Source of the DNA: Paramoeba atlantica
Lineage: Eukaryota; Protista; Discosea
Direction of reading: 5' to 3'
NCBI GenBank assembly: GCA_977017575.1
Contig: CDRNVI010000088.1
Span: 62,001-126,000, forward strand
Length of the DNA stretch: 64,000 nt
Position 1 is the stretch's first letter; every line of letters starts with the position of its first letter. The notes beneath the pieces were generated by a model, which made no database searches, was not told the DNA's origin, and worked only from the letters and a program-made list of their open reading frames with translations. Made by a program: the position numbers and the translations under genes. Below are positions 39,797 through 50,184 of the stretch, piece after piece.

Positions 39797-41548
39797 TTAT
39801 CCCCTTTTCACAAGTTTCTTTTTCGAATGCCTCGTACGCTTTGTCAAGTTTGTTCTCCTTTCTTTGGATTTAGTTTTCCTTTTTACGTTTTTTTCTGTCT
39901 TCAATTCGGACGAAAGTAAAGCCGTTGGGCAGTCCAGCTTGGAACCAAGACTAAGATTCTTGGTCTCATCGTTGTACCCTAAGAGACCAGCAAGAGAAAC
40001 ATGCGTCTTAAACCTCTTACGCTGCTCACGAGGCAGCATTTGGTTAATCGTGGGATAAAACGAGGCGGGGAGAAACAATGTGGAGGGTCCCGCACCCAGC
40101 ATCTTCGCCCTCAAATTCCGCAACGCCATCGCACTATCACGCATCCTCACCGACCACCACGACAGCAACTCTGGATTCTTCCGCGTAAGATTCCCCAGGC
40201 TCCGCAACCGACATATAATCGCCGTTAAATGAAACGGCGCCTCCGGACCCAACCAGTGCGACTGCACCGCCTCCAGGGGGGTATAATGCGGAAACCTCCG
40301 ACCCTCCGCCCCCAACCACCCCCGCACCGCGTGGGAGAGCCCCACATCCTCCCCTTCCGAGACCACCGCGTTGGCGGTCACCCGGCTGGGGCGGTAGAAC
40401 TCGCCCAGCGGTCGCACCAGGAGACGTTCGAGGGCGCGGTTCACGACGCAGCACAGGGCGTGGGAGGAGAGCGTGAGGTGGTACGTCCCCGGGGGGTCGG
40501 GGGGGTCGCGGTACTCCGGGTCCATCAGAGCGGGGTGGAAGCCCCAGACCATGGCGTCTCCGAACACGCCGGGGGGGCGTGCGGGGGGGACGGGGGGCTC
40601 CGTTGTACCGCAGGGGTCGTGCCGGTGGTGAGTGGGGGTGGGGGATGGAGGGGAGGGGGGAGACGGGGAAGAAGAGGAGTCCCGGAGTGGGGTTGAGGAT
40701 GGGGTGGCGGGGGGTGATAGTGCGGGAGGAGTGTTTGGGAGAGGGGGTTGTTGTGAGGCTCCACTCCATGGTTCTCGTCGGCTGGCGGTAATTTGCTGAG
40801 CGATGACTTGGGCCTCGAGTGCTCGCTGTGCTCGTTCATACATGTTGTATCGCACCTCCGGACGGAATGCCAGGGTCACGTCTGAGGTGTATCGAGAGGT
40901 TTTGCGGAGGTTCAGTTCGCGGTACTCCCCTTTTCCGTTGTCAAAGCGAATGGTGCGGTGAACTTCCGGGCGGCTCAGACAGGTCCCAATCGCGGCAAGC
41001 AAGTCCGTGAGACCTTCGCTCTCGGAGGCGTCGTTATCCGCATGGAAGATCAGAGTGCGCGTACGTTGCCGACGATTTAGATACCAAAACGAGACTCGGT
41101 AGATTTCCTCCGGGCGGTGCTTGTCAAGATCTATTTTCATCTCCAAGCATTCGACCTCATGACCAAGTTGCGCCCACGTAAGGTGTCGAGGGGTCTTCGT
41201 GAACTCGTATTTAAACATGAGCTTGTTGCGCCAGGATTCCTCGTCCTCAACATCCAACAGAGCATCCTGATCCGTGTTCATCTTTTCGATTGAAGTAATG
41301 TCATCGAGCTTCGCAAAGGAGGCATTGGTAGTCCCAGTGGTATATATCTCAGAAGTTAAAGAACTCTCGTATTCCCGAACTTGATCGCAGTCTGAATGAG
41401 AACTTTGAAGCTGTTTTGAGCCCAGGCATACCGTGGAGAATCGAAAACAAGTAGCGAAACACTTAATTGCAGACCAATGAAGATTTAATGGTTTTCGATT
41501 GGCAGGTCTTCCCAAGCTAAAAGATACCCATTTTTTACGGAGGAACAT
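39797..41548 (-). CDS. Hypothetical protein, possibly mitochondrial, with Pro-rich linker and basic tail
   Basis: 583-aa ORF on the cluster strand; no family recognised. Confidence 0.7.
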   Translation of the reverse strand: MFLRKKWVSFSLGRPANRKPLNLHWSAIKCFATCFRFSTVCLGSKQLQSSHSDCDQVREYESSLTSEIYTTGTTNASFAKLDDITSIEKMNTDQDALLDVEDEESWRNKLMFKYEFTKTPRHLTWAQLGHEVECLEMKIDLDKHRPEEIYRVSFWYLNRRQRTRTLIFHADNDASESEGLTDLLAAIGTCLSRPEVHRTIRFDNGKGEYRELNLRKTSRYTSDVTLAFRPEVRYNMYERAQRALEAQVIAQQITASRREPWSGASQQPPLPNTPPALSPPATPSSTPLRDSSSSPSPPSPPSPTPTHHRHDPCGTTEPPVPPARPPGVFGDAMVWGFHPALMDPEYRDPPDPPGTYHLTLSSHALCCVVNRALERLLVRPLGEFYRPSRVTANAVVSEGEDVGLSHAVRGWLGAEGRRFPHYTPLEAVQSHWLGPEAPFHLTAIICRLRSLGNLTRKNPELLSWWSVRMRDSAMALRNLRAKMLGAGPSTLFLPASFYPTINQMLPREQRKRFKTHVSLAGLLGYNDETKNLSLGSKLDCPTALLSSELKTEKNVKRKTKSKERRTNLTKRTRHSKKKLVKRG

Positions 41549-42037
41549 TAGAGAGACGATTCATTTGACGGCATTAAGGTCGGTAAAAATAGAGATCATC
41601 ATATTCTCAAGCCTCATCTTAATAGCGATGAATCCCCAAGAAATAATCAAAATACGTGAACGAAATCAAGGTCAGATTGAACGAAGTTTGCACACTTTTC
41701 AAACGGGGGCACTACCACTGACCATTCTGAGCAACACATGTCGTTCATGAGTGGCCTTTCTCACACTCCACAAGTTGGGCTACAAAGTAGTAACAATTTT
41801 GGCTACATAGTAGTTGTTCAAAATATACAATGTATTGTAAATATATAATGTATTGTTTAGATTGCGGAGGTAAACGGAGTTCAACGCCGAGGTAGTTTTC
41901 AACGCGAATGCGCAGCAGCAGTACGTCAAAAACAGCCCCCGCGTTTAACAAAGCGACTCAAAAAGGAAAACAATATCTAGGCAATTTCAATAGTTTAAAG
42001 GGTCTCAAATGACTTAATAATTTGAGATAAATAATTA

Positions 42038-42135
42038 CTGTACCAACTCTACTTAAGAGTCCGCCGTTTTTGGGCATTTGTACTCTTAAGTGGGGGGGTC
42101 AGAATTTTCCGGACTCTGAAGTGGAGGGGGTACAG
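42038..42135. mobile_element. 98-bp MITE with 26-bp imperfect TIR (CTGTACC...), TA/CA flanks
   Basis: CTGTACCAACTCTACTTAAGAGTCCG vs reverse complement CTGTACCCCCTCCACTTCAGAGTCCG (22/26). Confidence 0.7.
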
Positions 42136-42490
42136 CAAGTTAAAGAGCGATAAAAATTCAAATATTTTATTCACAAAAGAGGTAACAAAGTTGTATGCAT
42201 ACAACTTGTATGGGTTTGCTTGTTTGTACAAGTCGGAATCAGAGAGCTGAAAATATGGAAAGCACTCCTGAAGGAAAGTATTCTATTATTGAAGATCACA
42301 AAAGCATCCCTAATCTGGACCCACCTACAAGGCCTCTTTATCTATGTTGCGAAAGTTCGAAAATTCTTTGAAAGCGTTTATTGAATTCACTATTCGTTTT
42401 TTTAATGATTTTGAATATCCTTTGAATATTAAGCTCTCTCACTCAACTCACACTGTACATTAAATTTCAAAATCTCAGAAAGAAACTGGC

Positions 42491-43009
42491 TTAGGAACTA
42501 TGCGCCGAATCCTTCGGGGGCAAATATTTTTCAATAATAGCACCAATTTCTTCAGCATTCTGGGTAAACGGTGTGAATCGAGCAACTACTCGTCCGTTGC
42601 GATCGCACAGAAATTTTGCAAAGTTCCATCCCACAAAACCCTCGAACTCCGGGTTTGATGTAGTAAGAAAACGATATAATGGGTGTTGCTTAGAGCCTTT
42701 GACGTCTAGCTTCTCCAGCATGGGAAAAGTAACTTTGTAATTGTCCTTTGCCCAGTCACGAATTGTACAAGAGTCTCCGGGCTCTTGCCAAGCGAATTGA
42801 TTGCACGGAGCCCCGATCACTGTGAAACCTCTAGCATGATACTTATCCTGCAGTTCTTGCAGAATGGGGTAGGTTCCCTTTGTGAGGCCACACCGTGAGG
42901 CAACGTTTACAATTAATGTGACTTGACCACGAAATTGAGAAAAGGGAAATGTCTTTCCCGCGTAATCGGTAGCAACGATATCAAAGAGACAATTTGCAAT
43001 GGCTGACAT
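42491..43009 (-). CDS. Non-selenium glutathione peroxidase-like (tryparedoxin peroxidase type)
   Basis: LIVNVASRCGLT, APCNQFAWQEPG, GWNFAKFL; likely ATG at 43009. Confidence 0.95.
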   Translation of the reverse strand: MSAIANCLFDIVATDYAGKTFPFSQFRGQVTLIVNVASRCGLTKGTYPILQELQDKYHARGFTVIGAPCNQFAWQEPGDSCTIRDWAKDNYKVTFPMLEKLDVKGSKQHPLYRFLTTSNPEFEGFVGWNFAKFLCDRNGRVVARFTPFTQNAEEIGAIIEKYLPPKDSAHSS

Positions 43010-43483
43010 ATAACTTGCAGCAAATAAGAGAAGTAATCGGTAAAACGCGCTAAATAAAAATACATGCACGGTATATTATTTTGTATAGCTCCACTTATTA
43101 GAAATCGTAATACAGACCTTTCACACTCTTTAGGGACCATTCGGTTAGTTATATTTTGGAATATGAAAATTTAAAAAGTTTACCTCATTCGAGGTAGCAA
43201 GTTTAAAAGTAGCTTTTAGCACCTAACGGATCTAAATACATCTGAATGAAATACCATCACATGTACAAGATTGTATCAGATTCGGCAAGGTAACAGCCTA
43301 CAGGCTGCTAAAAAACTAAGTGAAATAGAAGAGTGAGACTGAGAATCTTCTGACCCCTTCCTTCAAGAAAAGCGACTACGTGCGATCCGTAGATCTACGC
43401 TTCGGATTTCCCACTCGTGTGAAAAAGTAATGCCAGACTCGGATTGATTTCTAAGGGGATGAAAATGACCCTTGAACTTAAAA

Positions 43484-44632
43484 TCACTCAGAAATTTTGG
43501 GCACGCGCTCAATTTGTTTCCTCAGAGCCTCAAGCGCGTGGCTTCTGGAGTCCTGGATAAGACCCAGGCCCTCATCGAGCAACAGTCTCGCGGCATCCGG
43601 TTTTTGCAGGTGCACTAATGCGGTGGCACCTTGCAAATATGCTTGAGAATTGTAACCCCGACTAGCCGAGACGGCACTTCGAGCACTTTCCTCTGCTTCA
43701 CGATACCGACGCATACGATTTAACACCCCGGCCTCAAGGGCGTAAATCCCACCGAGCCGCGTAGGGTTTCGCGTGCATGACCGCGCGACTTTACAGCACC
43801 CCAGTGCCGGGAAGTGTAGTCCTTCGTGATTCGCTGAAATGGCCATAGCGCATAGTATTTTACTAAGGTACACATCCCGAGGTGCGTCTTCGTCGGTATC
43901 CTCACCTGAAAGAGTGGAGACCGGAGCCTTTGGTTCCAGGATTGGATCCTCCTGCTCCAGGACGTGTATAAAATCCTTTAGATTGGAAGGGAACTCTTCA
44001 ATGAGGTGATTCGGAGCCTCACCGGGTCCCGAAAGCCCAGGATGTATCAGGTAGGCTAGACTTTTCTCTGGGAGGAGATCCTCTGTAATTCGTAGCGAGG
44101 ATAGAAACCGATCCATCACTCGGCGGATCTCCTGCACTTCGCCTCTTGTTTCAATCAACGCGAGAACTCGTCGTCCTAACGCGAGGGTGGTCTCTCTTGC
44201 GAGGTGTTCTCCATTCTTCGCGGTTTCTCCCGCTTCGTGCTCATCTGGGACATATTCTGAAAGCTGCTTTTCATTCTCACGCTTTGGATCACCCCCAAAA
44301 ATATGCTTATATGCGCGATCAAATATTCTTCCTTGTTTCTTATCGGGCTGACCAAACGTTCCGCCTATTATATTACTCCGTCGTGAAATGTGCCAGAGGT
44401 TTACTCTTTTGTTATCTAGAAAAAATATACGCAAAGTGCTTTGTTGGAAGGGTGTGTTATGCCTCGAAATAGAGAAAGTCGAAGTAGAGCCAAGGCGAAA
44501 AATTGCGTGATCATGTTGAGAAACAGGGACGGATCGCTTAAAATCATCGGAATAGTACCCCTTGGTGTCGGGTCTAAAGCACATTGGCTTGTCGGGAAAA
44601 GAATCTCTTAGCATAAGTGAGGCGAACTTCAT
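43484..44632 (-). CDS. Hypothetical protein with C-terminal TPR-like helices
   Basis: 382-aa ORF on the cluster strand; ALEAGVLNRMRRYREAEESA..AYLQGATALVHLQKPDAA..LDEGL resembles TPRs. Confidence 0.7.
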   Translation of the reverse strand: MKFASLMLRDSFPDKPMCFRPDTKGYYSDDFKRSVPVSQHDHAIFRLGSTSTFSISRHNTPFQQSTLRIFFLDNKRVNLWHISRRSNIIGGTFGQPDKKQGRIFDRAYKHIFGGDPKRENEKQLSEYVPDEHEAGETAKNGEHLARETTLALGRRVLALIETRGEVQEIRRVMDRFLSSLRITEDLLPEKSLAYLIHPGLSGPGEAPNHLIEEFPSNLKDFIHVLEQEDPILEPKAPVSTLSGEDTDEDAPRDVYLSKILCAMAISANHEGLHFPALGCCKVARSCTRNPTRLGGIYALEAGVLNRMRRYREAEESARSAVSASRGYNSQAYLQGATALVHLQKPDAARLLLDEGLGLIQDSRSHALEALRKQIERVPKISE

Positions 44633-45271
44633 TGAATCACAGAACTTTTGTGTGTAGCATTCCGGTAATTCATTTTACTTGTTCTTCCCAAATGCTACTA
44701 GCCGAAAGGTTTCCAAACATGGGAGGGTACTTGGATTTTAATTGATCGAATGATATTTTTTAATTTTTCCTTCTAAATCAAAGTGAAAAAAAATGGGATT
44801 TGTTTTACAGAAACGTTTCCCCCCTTTTTTTAGAACAATAAATATTGTCGAATGCTCACCTCCCGCCACTGGTGGACACTTGATGACGGAATCGCCGTAT
44901 TGCCCTTTTGAATGACAGCCACGATCGTCGACCCGATTTCAATTTTTAGAGAGTTTTAGAAAATCTCTGAAAAGTTGTAGGAGAAATCGACACTCTAGTA
45001 TAAGTAGACGCACGGGGCCTTACTCGAATACAGCCGGGGCGAAGCAACATGTGGTATTCGTGGCCCATGCCGTCAACGGGCATCGCGTCGTGATCGTGAA
45101 GACAATTCGACAGATTAATTGCTCCCAAATTCGAGATCATGTTTTCGAGTGATAATTGCTCTCAAATTCGAATTAACAAGCAAGCTGAATAAATTTTTCT
45201 TAGTACGAACTTTCGTACTTAGTACGAATAGTACGGCACTAAGTACGGTACTGTCGTACTAAGGAGATGTA

Positions 45272-45975
45272 CAGTGTTATAAAGATGTACAGTGTTTATT
45301 TAATTACGGTATTATTTAATTACGCTTTTAAGGTTATTTTTGGCTAAAATTAATCTTAATTAAATTAACCATAATATACCGGTGAAACGGTCATTAAGGA
45401 TAAAAGTAATTAAGGCAGAACGGATTTAAGAATTGTCGTTTGTAGCATAAATATCGCATTTCTGCTAAACGTGCTGAGTTTCTGATCATTTTTCATGTTT
45501 TTCGAACTTTTCTAGACGAGCTTCGCCTGTTTCGCCTACCTTTACGGTCTAGTTCAACGTGTGAGAGAAAAGCTAAAACGATCATTGAAAGGAGAAGTCT
45601 GAGACGGAATCATGAAATTAAGTTTTCCCAATTTTTCCCTCAAAACGGCAAAAAATTAACTCCCGTCTTAATTAAAGCTGCCTTAATTAAAGTTGCCTTA
45701 ATTTTAATTACCCTTAATTGAAGTTTCTACGGTAATCCACTCGTAAATTAAGAATTTTTCAACACACTTTTTGAGTAACTTTTAAGCGCCCAAGCCATTG
45801 GATTCGTCTGTGATCATTTTATAAAGGTTTCAGTTTCGTATGAAAGTGAGGTCGACGGTGACAGACATGAAAAAAAGTATTTTTTTTTCGGGGCTAAAAA
45901 TAATCTTAATTAAAAATAACCATAATTAAAAATAACCGTAATATAATAATCCACTCGTATTTGAATACTTCACTG
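45272..45975. mobile_element. AT-rich putative Tc1/pogo-like MITE with CAGTG..CACTG ends and internal TTAATTA repeats
   Basis: TA|CAGTG at 45272 and 45290, CACTG|TA at 45971-77; inverted subterminal ATTACGGT..TTAATTA blocks; 15-bp tandem CTTAATTAAAG(C/T)TGC at about 45667-45727. Confidence 0.45.
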
Positions 45976-46032
45976 TATGTCATTATCTTTATTTCATTAT
46001 CTTTATTTTTCCAAGGAACTGTCTGGTATATA

Positions 46033-47365
46033 AACCCTTGGCCACCAATAAGGCACCCCCCTTATTTTTTGCATGATGGGTATGGTAGGGTTATCATACC
46101 ATGTTTTCGTTCAAAATTTTGAGATGTGTACGTTCCCGCTGTTTTTAGCTCATGAAAAATAAAAAAATAAAAAAATATTTTACCACTTTAACATTAGGGT
46201 CGATTTATGAAAAAATCGCAGGCCTCCGAAAGGTGGCCTCAGCCCCCTGGGGAAGGAACTCATGCTTTTAAGGTTTCAAGATGGCATCCCAAAGAAACGA
46301 ATAGCACGTGAATTGAATGTAAGCGTGAAATACATTCGAAAATACCTCCGTGATCACCCCAAAATTGAGACGAAAAAAAGCCTAAAGAAATCCCCACAGA
46401 AAAAAGAAATAAAGTCTCGTAAAAAAAGGATTGAAACCATTATTTCTAAGAAAGATGCGGCAGGGGTGCCAAAGTACAACAGTTCAAAGCGTATTTCTGT
46501 TGTTTTGTACAGAAAGGGTGTTACTGCAAGCCCTCGAACTGTTCGTCGAGATTTGAGGCAAGCAGGGCATCAATATAGGCCACGCCCAATTTCACAAGGG
46601 CTCACCGCTGTACAAAAAGAAAAACGCGTACAGTTTTCTTTAAATTACAAAGAGGACACATCGAAATTGATATTCTCAGATGAGAAGGTGTTTGATACAA
46701 ACGATAATCGAATGAAAATGTGGGTAAAAAAAGGAGAGACCCCTGCAAAGAGACTAAAGGTGCGCTGGGCGCCTAAGTGTCAGGTGTGGGGAGCTATAGG
46801 AATTAACTGGAGATGCTTAAAAATTTTATCTAGCAGGACCTCTATTACCCACGAAACACACATAGACACACTAAAACATGTTTATTTCCCCCGCAAAAGA
46901 ATATTTCAACAAGATGGTGCCACCGCTCATACGGCCAAGGCCACCATAAATTACCTGAACAAACGAAAAATTAATCTACTAAAAAATTGGCCCCCAAATT
47001 CTCCCGATCTTTCTCCCATTGAAAACATATGGTCAATGGTACAACAAGACGTAAATGAAAAGCTACCATCTACAGTTTCCGAACTGCAAAGGTGTATTCT
47101 AAACACATGGAGTTCTTTACCGACTGAGATGATAAATGATACCATCTTAAGTTTCGATCGTAGACTGAAGGCCTGCGTCGAACTAGGTGGCGAAAAGGTA
47201 AAAAAGTGGTAAATAGTTTCCACTTTATAAATAGCTATAGGACTAGTGACCAAGTGTGGGAGGACATAAATCCCGAACTGAGATCTGCAAAATGCCATTG
47301 AAATTAGCTCAAACAAACAAAGCATCGAATTTTTAGAGGGGGGTGCCTTATTTTGGCCAGGGGTT
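46033..47365 (+). mobile_element. Tc1-like transposon, 1333 bp, about 30-bp TIRs, TA flanks
   Basis: TA|AACCCTTGGCCACCAATAAGGCACCCCCCT at left; inverse AACCCCTGGCCAAAATAAGGCACCCCCCT at right. Confidence 0.9.
46262..47212 (+). CDS. Tc1-family transposase (DD35E), catalytic domain intact
   Basis: HTH IARELNVSVKYIRKY; TVRRDL; IFSDEKVF; QVWGAI; QQDGATAH; WPPNSPDLSPIENIW; RRLKACVELGG. Confidence 0.93.
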   Translation: MLLRFQDGIPKKRIARELNVSVKYIRKYLRDHPKIETKKSLKKSPQKKEIKSRKKRIETIISKKDAAGVPKYNSSKRISVVLYRKGVTASPRTVRRDLRQAGHQYRPRPISQGLTAVQKEKRVQFSLNYKEDTSKLIFSDEKVFDTNDNRMKMWVKKGETPAKRLKVRWAPKCQVWGAIGINWRCLKILSSRTSITHETHIDTLKHVYFPRKRIFQQDGATAHTAKATINYLNKRKINLLKNWPPNSPDLSPIENIWSMVQQDVNEKLPSTVSELQRCILNTWSSLPTEMINDTILSFDRRLKACVELGGEKVKKW

Positions 47366-47440
47366 TATAATAAGGAATTATATATATACAGGTGGTATAT
47401 ATAATAAGGAACTATATATATAATAAGGAACTGTCTGGTA
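47366..47440. repeat. Minisatellite TATAATAAGGAA(C/T)... into which the Tc1 element inserted
   Basis: Three TAATAAGGAA units at right; AAGGAACTGTCTGGTA at both 46013-46028 and 47425-47440. Confidence 0.75.
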
Positions 47441-47538
47441 GCACGAAGGTACTATCACTCAATAACTCGACAAGGTATCGTGACAGTTTCACCACACACT
47501 GGAAATCGAATGCTTCGTCTTCAGCAAATGGCGACATG

Positions 47539-47611
47539 CAGGGGGTGGCAAGAAAATATGGGGGTGGGTCAAAATTCGTTTTAGACACCCATATATTCTT
47601 GCCACCCCCTG
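47539..47611. mobile_element. 73-bp hairpin MITE (TIR CAGGGGGTGGCAAGAA)
   Basis: Perfect 16-bp inverted repeat extending imperfectly inward; TG/TA flanks. Confidence 0.7.
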
Positions 47612-47751
47612 TATGTAACGTACTAATGACGCCTGTGCCTGAAGTATGCTACGTCGCGATGGCGGGGGGATCATCACATTTCCTACATTGGCAACCTTTT
47701 GCCTGAGCAAATCATTTTATTCCCTTTTGAGCAATAAGATGACATCTGCTT

Positions 47752-48705
47752 TTATAGACGGCATGTACTGTGGTTTTTTAAGAACCACTTTACAGAATTA
47801 TCAATTCCTTGCTGCAGTGCGGTAAAAGAAAAATGTGGACAAAGGCTGCGGAATACCTTGTTTGTTACGGTTTTTCGAAGTATTCCGTCACTATGAGAAG
47901 TACTAAAAGTAATATTGCCTTTGAACTCGAAAGAGTTTGCAATGCACTGCGCTGCACACGAAATAGTAAGCTCATTATGCTCACTGTTGCAGGTAATAAG
48001 GGGCTCTTTGCTCTCATAATTTTGAAGAGCCCAAATCAATAATTTTGCGAAGTCTTTCGCGTATAGAAATTGTCGTAGTGGCCTTCCGGATCCACAAACG
48101 TTAAAATCGGTTCCTGATTTCAGTGCTAAGAAACATTTATGAATCAGTGCAGGAATAACGTGCGCCTCCTCTAGATTGTAGTTGTCATTTTCTCCGTAAA
48201 GATTCGAAGGAATCACGCACACAATGTTAGTGCCATACTCTGCACGATAACTCCGACACAGTACCTCTAGACCTCTTTTCGCGTAAGCGTAACTTTCGTT
48301 TGAAGGATGCGGGGCACCGCAATGAAGGGATGACTCATCCATTGGAAAATCAGCAGGTTCAGCAGGAAAAATACATGTGCTGAGACAGCAAACTGTTTTC
48401 TTTACTTGAAAACGGCGGACACATCGTAAAACGTTTATGTTAATAAGACAGTTGTCCTCATACATAGATACTGGGTGTTCCAAATTGCTGTATAGTCCAC
48501 CAACACGTGCAGCGAGATGTATTACGAATGTTGGGCGATGCAAACAAAACATCTTTTCGGTTGCCTGGGCACAACGCAGATCAGCATCCGAACTGCAAGA
48601 AAAGACCCAGCGAAATCCCAGACTCGATCGGTCAATATCTCGTAAAGCCGTGCCTACAAGCCCCGTTCCCCCTGTAACTAAAACGAGAGGAGCAGTTTCG
48701 CACAT
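47752..48705 (-). CDS. TSTA3: GDP-L-fucose synthase (GDP-4-keto-6-deoxymannose epimerase/reductase)
   Basis: VTGGTGLVG, IHLAARVGG, CLSTCIFP, NESYAYAKR (YxxxK), PSNLYGENDNY, HVIPALIHK, GSGRPLRQF; likely ATG at 48705. Confidence 0.95.
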   Translation of the reverse strand: MCETAPLVLVTGGTGLVGTALRDIDRSSLGFRWVFSCSSDADLRCAQATEKMFCLHRPTFVIHLAARVGGLYSNLEHPVSMYEDNCLININVLRCVRRFQVKKTVCCLSTCIFPAEPADFPMDESSLHCGAPHPSNESYAYAKRGLEVLCRSYRAEYGTNIVCVIPSNLYGENDNYNLEEAHVIPALIHKCFLALKSGTDFNVCGSGRPLRQFLYAKDFAKLLIWALQNYESKEPLITCNSEHNELTISCAAQCIANSFEFKGNITFSTSHSDGILRKTVTNKVFRSLCPHFSFTALQQGIDNSVKWFLKNHSTCRL

Positions 48706-49146
48706 TTTTTCTTTGAAAAATATATTTCTTGAGTTCATAAGCTACTAGATACATGTTTGCAGACTTTTGTATGTATGCATATTTTTAGAAAATGATTTCC
48801 TTTGCAATAGTTGTCCTAATACATTTTACTTAACTGTAGTGACTAATTGATCAACGCTCTTAAATGCATCTGTAACAAGAACATGCCATACAGACATACA
48901 CGTTCGCACCCCTTGTACGTGTATTGAGATGAACATTTTTTGTCGAGAAATCTTTTTTTAAAACCTGAAAAATCTTTTTTTAAACGCTGAAAAACTTTTT
49001 TTGGAATACCTTAAGATTGCAAATAATAAGTTACGCCACATATACTCCGTGACTAGCGTAATGTACCTTCGTCTTTTTTTAATCTGCATAATCTATTTTT
49101 GAGTAGGCTACTCTCTCGCATGATCCTATTTTCAAGTTCTTCGTTC

Positions 49147-49356
49147 CTACGCTCCCATAATCACGTTGTTTATAGGAATAAATACTATTTTTATGAAATA
49201 CCCAACTGCTCCAAGGATGCCAAAGCCGACGAGTGTGGATAGACCAGTCTTCGTAAATTCCTTGTAATTAGGTTTAGTGCATTTTTGAACTAGCATTTTA
49301 GAGTTTTTCGCAAACGTCGTTAGCGGAGCAATCGCTATTTCATCTAATAAATCCAT
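49147..49356 (-). CDS. SEC61G: Sec61 gamma subunit
   Basis: KCTKPNYKEF..GFGILGAVGYFIKIVFIPINNVIMG. Confidence 0.95.
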   Translation of the reverse strand: MDLLDEIAIAPLTTFAKNSKMLVQKCTKPNYKEFTKTGLSTLVGFGILGAVGYFIKIVFIPINNVIMGA

Positions 49357-49869
49357 TTTTGAAAGGAATTATGTTTATCGTGTCTATTGGGATCTCTGTA
49401 CATTTCAAGAAATACGTATTTCTAATTTATTTTAAAAGAAAATTGAATAACATTCTGAGCAAATCAATTATCGTGATTTTAAATCGCTGGTGGTTCAGTG
49501 GGTTCGCTACTACTATAACATTGCACTGCAGATAGAGAGAATCTTTTTTAATAACACTTAGAAAAAACACTGCCCAAAAACATGAAAAGAAGACTCTTAG
49601 GGAACCTGTCACAACTAAAATAAACGCAGTTTCAGAGGGCCTCAGATAACTAGAGGTTATGAGATCCTTTTCAACGAATAGTAAACTTCTGGTACCTCAC
49701 ACTAGAAGAGCCATGTACTATGCATAGAATAGAGTTCTATGCAGAATCAGAGTATTTCTGGTTTCGGTCTCTTGCTCACTCTTCGCAGTGATTGCGCAAG
49801 TCCACGATATTGAATGTCTGCCAAGAGTACCAAAGAAAAGTAGGTAACGTTCCTGAAGATACCCGATTG

Positions 49870-50109
49870 CTAATTAGCGTGGTTGGTTCCCCTCTCGATT
49901 GAAACATCTTTAAGTACATCTAAGGCCCTATCCTCATTGATGCCTTCAAGGGTTTTACTCTTCCGCAAATTTTCTTTCTGGACACGGAAAAGGAACGCAA
50001 TTTTTGAGTACGGTTTCAATGGCTTTTCTTTCAGCAGATCGATCACAACTTGATCTAGTATTTCAGGAATTCGGTACTGTGTAAAATATTCTTGAGCTTC
50101 ATTCTGCAT
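49870..50109 (-). CDS. Small RIIa/Dpy-30-like dimerisation-docking domain protein
   Basis: QEYFTQYRIPEILDQVVIDLLKEKPLKPY matches the YL..H.I..LL..L...L..KP.DP pattern. Confidence 0.6.
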   Translation of the reverse strand: MQNEAQEYFTQYRIPEILDQVVIDLLKEKPLKPYSKIAFLFRVQKENLRKSKTLEGINEDRALDVLKDVSIERGTNHAN

Positions 50110-50184
50110 AAGAACAAAAAAGTGAAAACCAATACTAAAATCGTTCTATTCCTTGCATTTCGAATAAGTAATAAAATAATTCTA

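Noticed and set aside
41745-41951. 68-aa minus-strand ORF in the gap before the GPx gene
   Set aside because: No ATG start, low-complexity AT-rich content, and no family motif.
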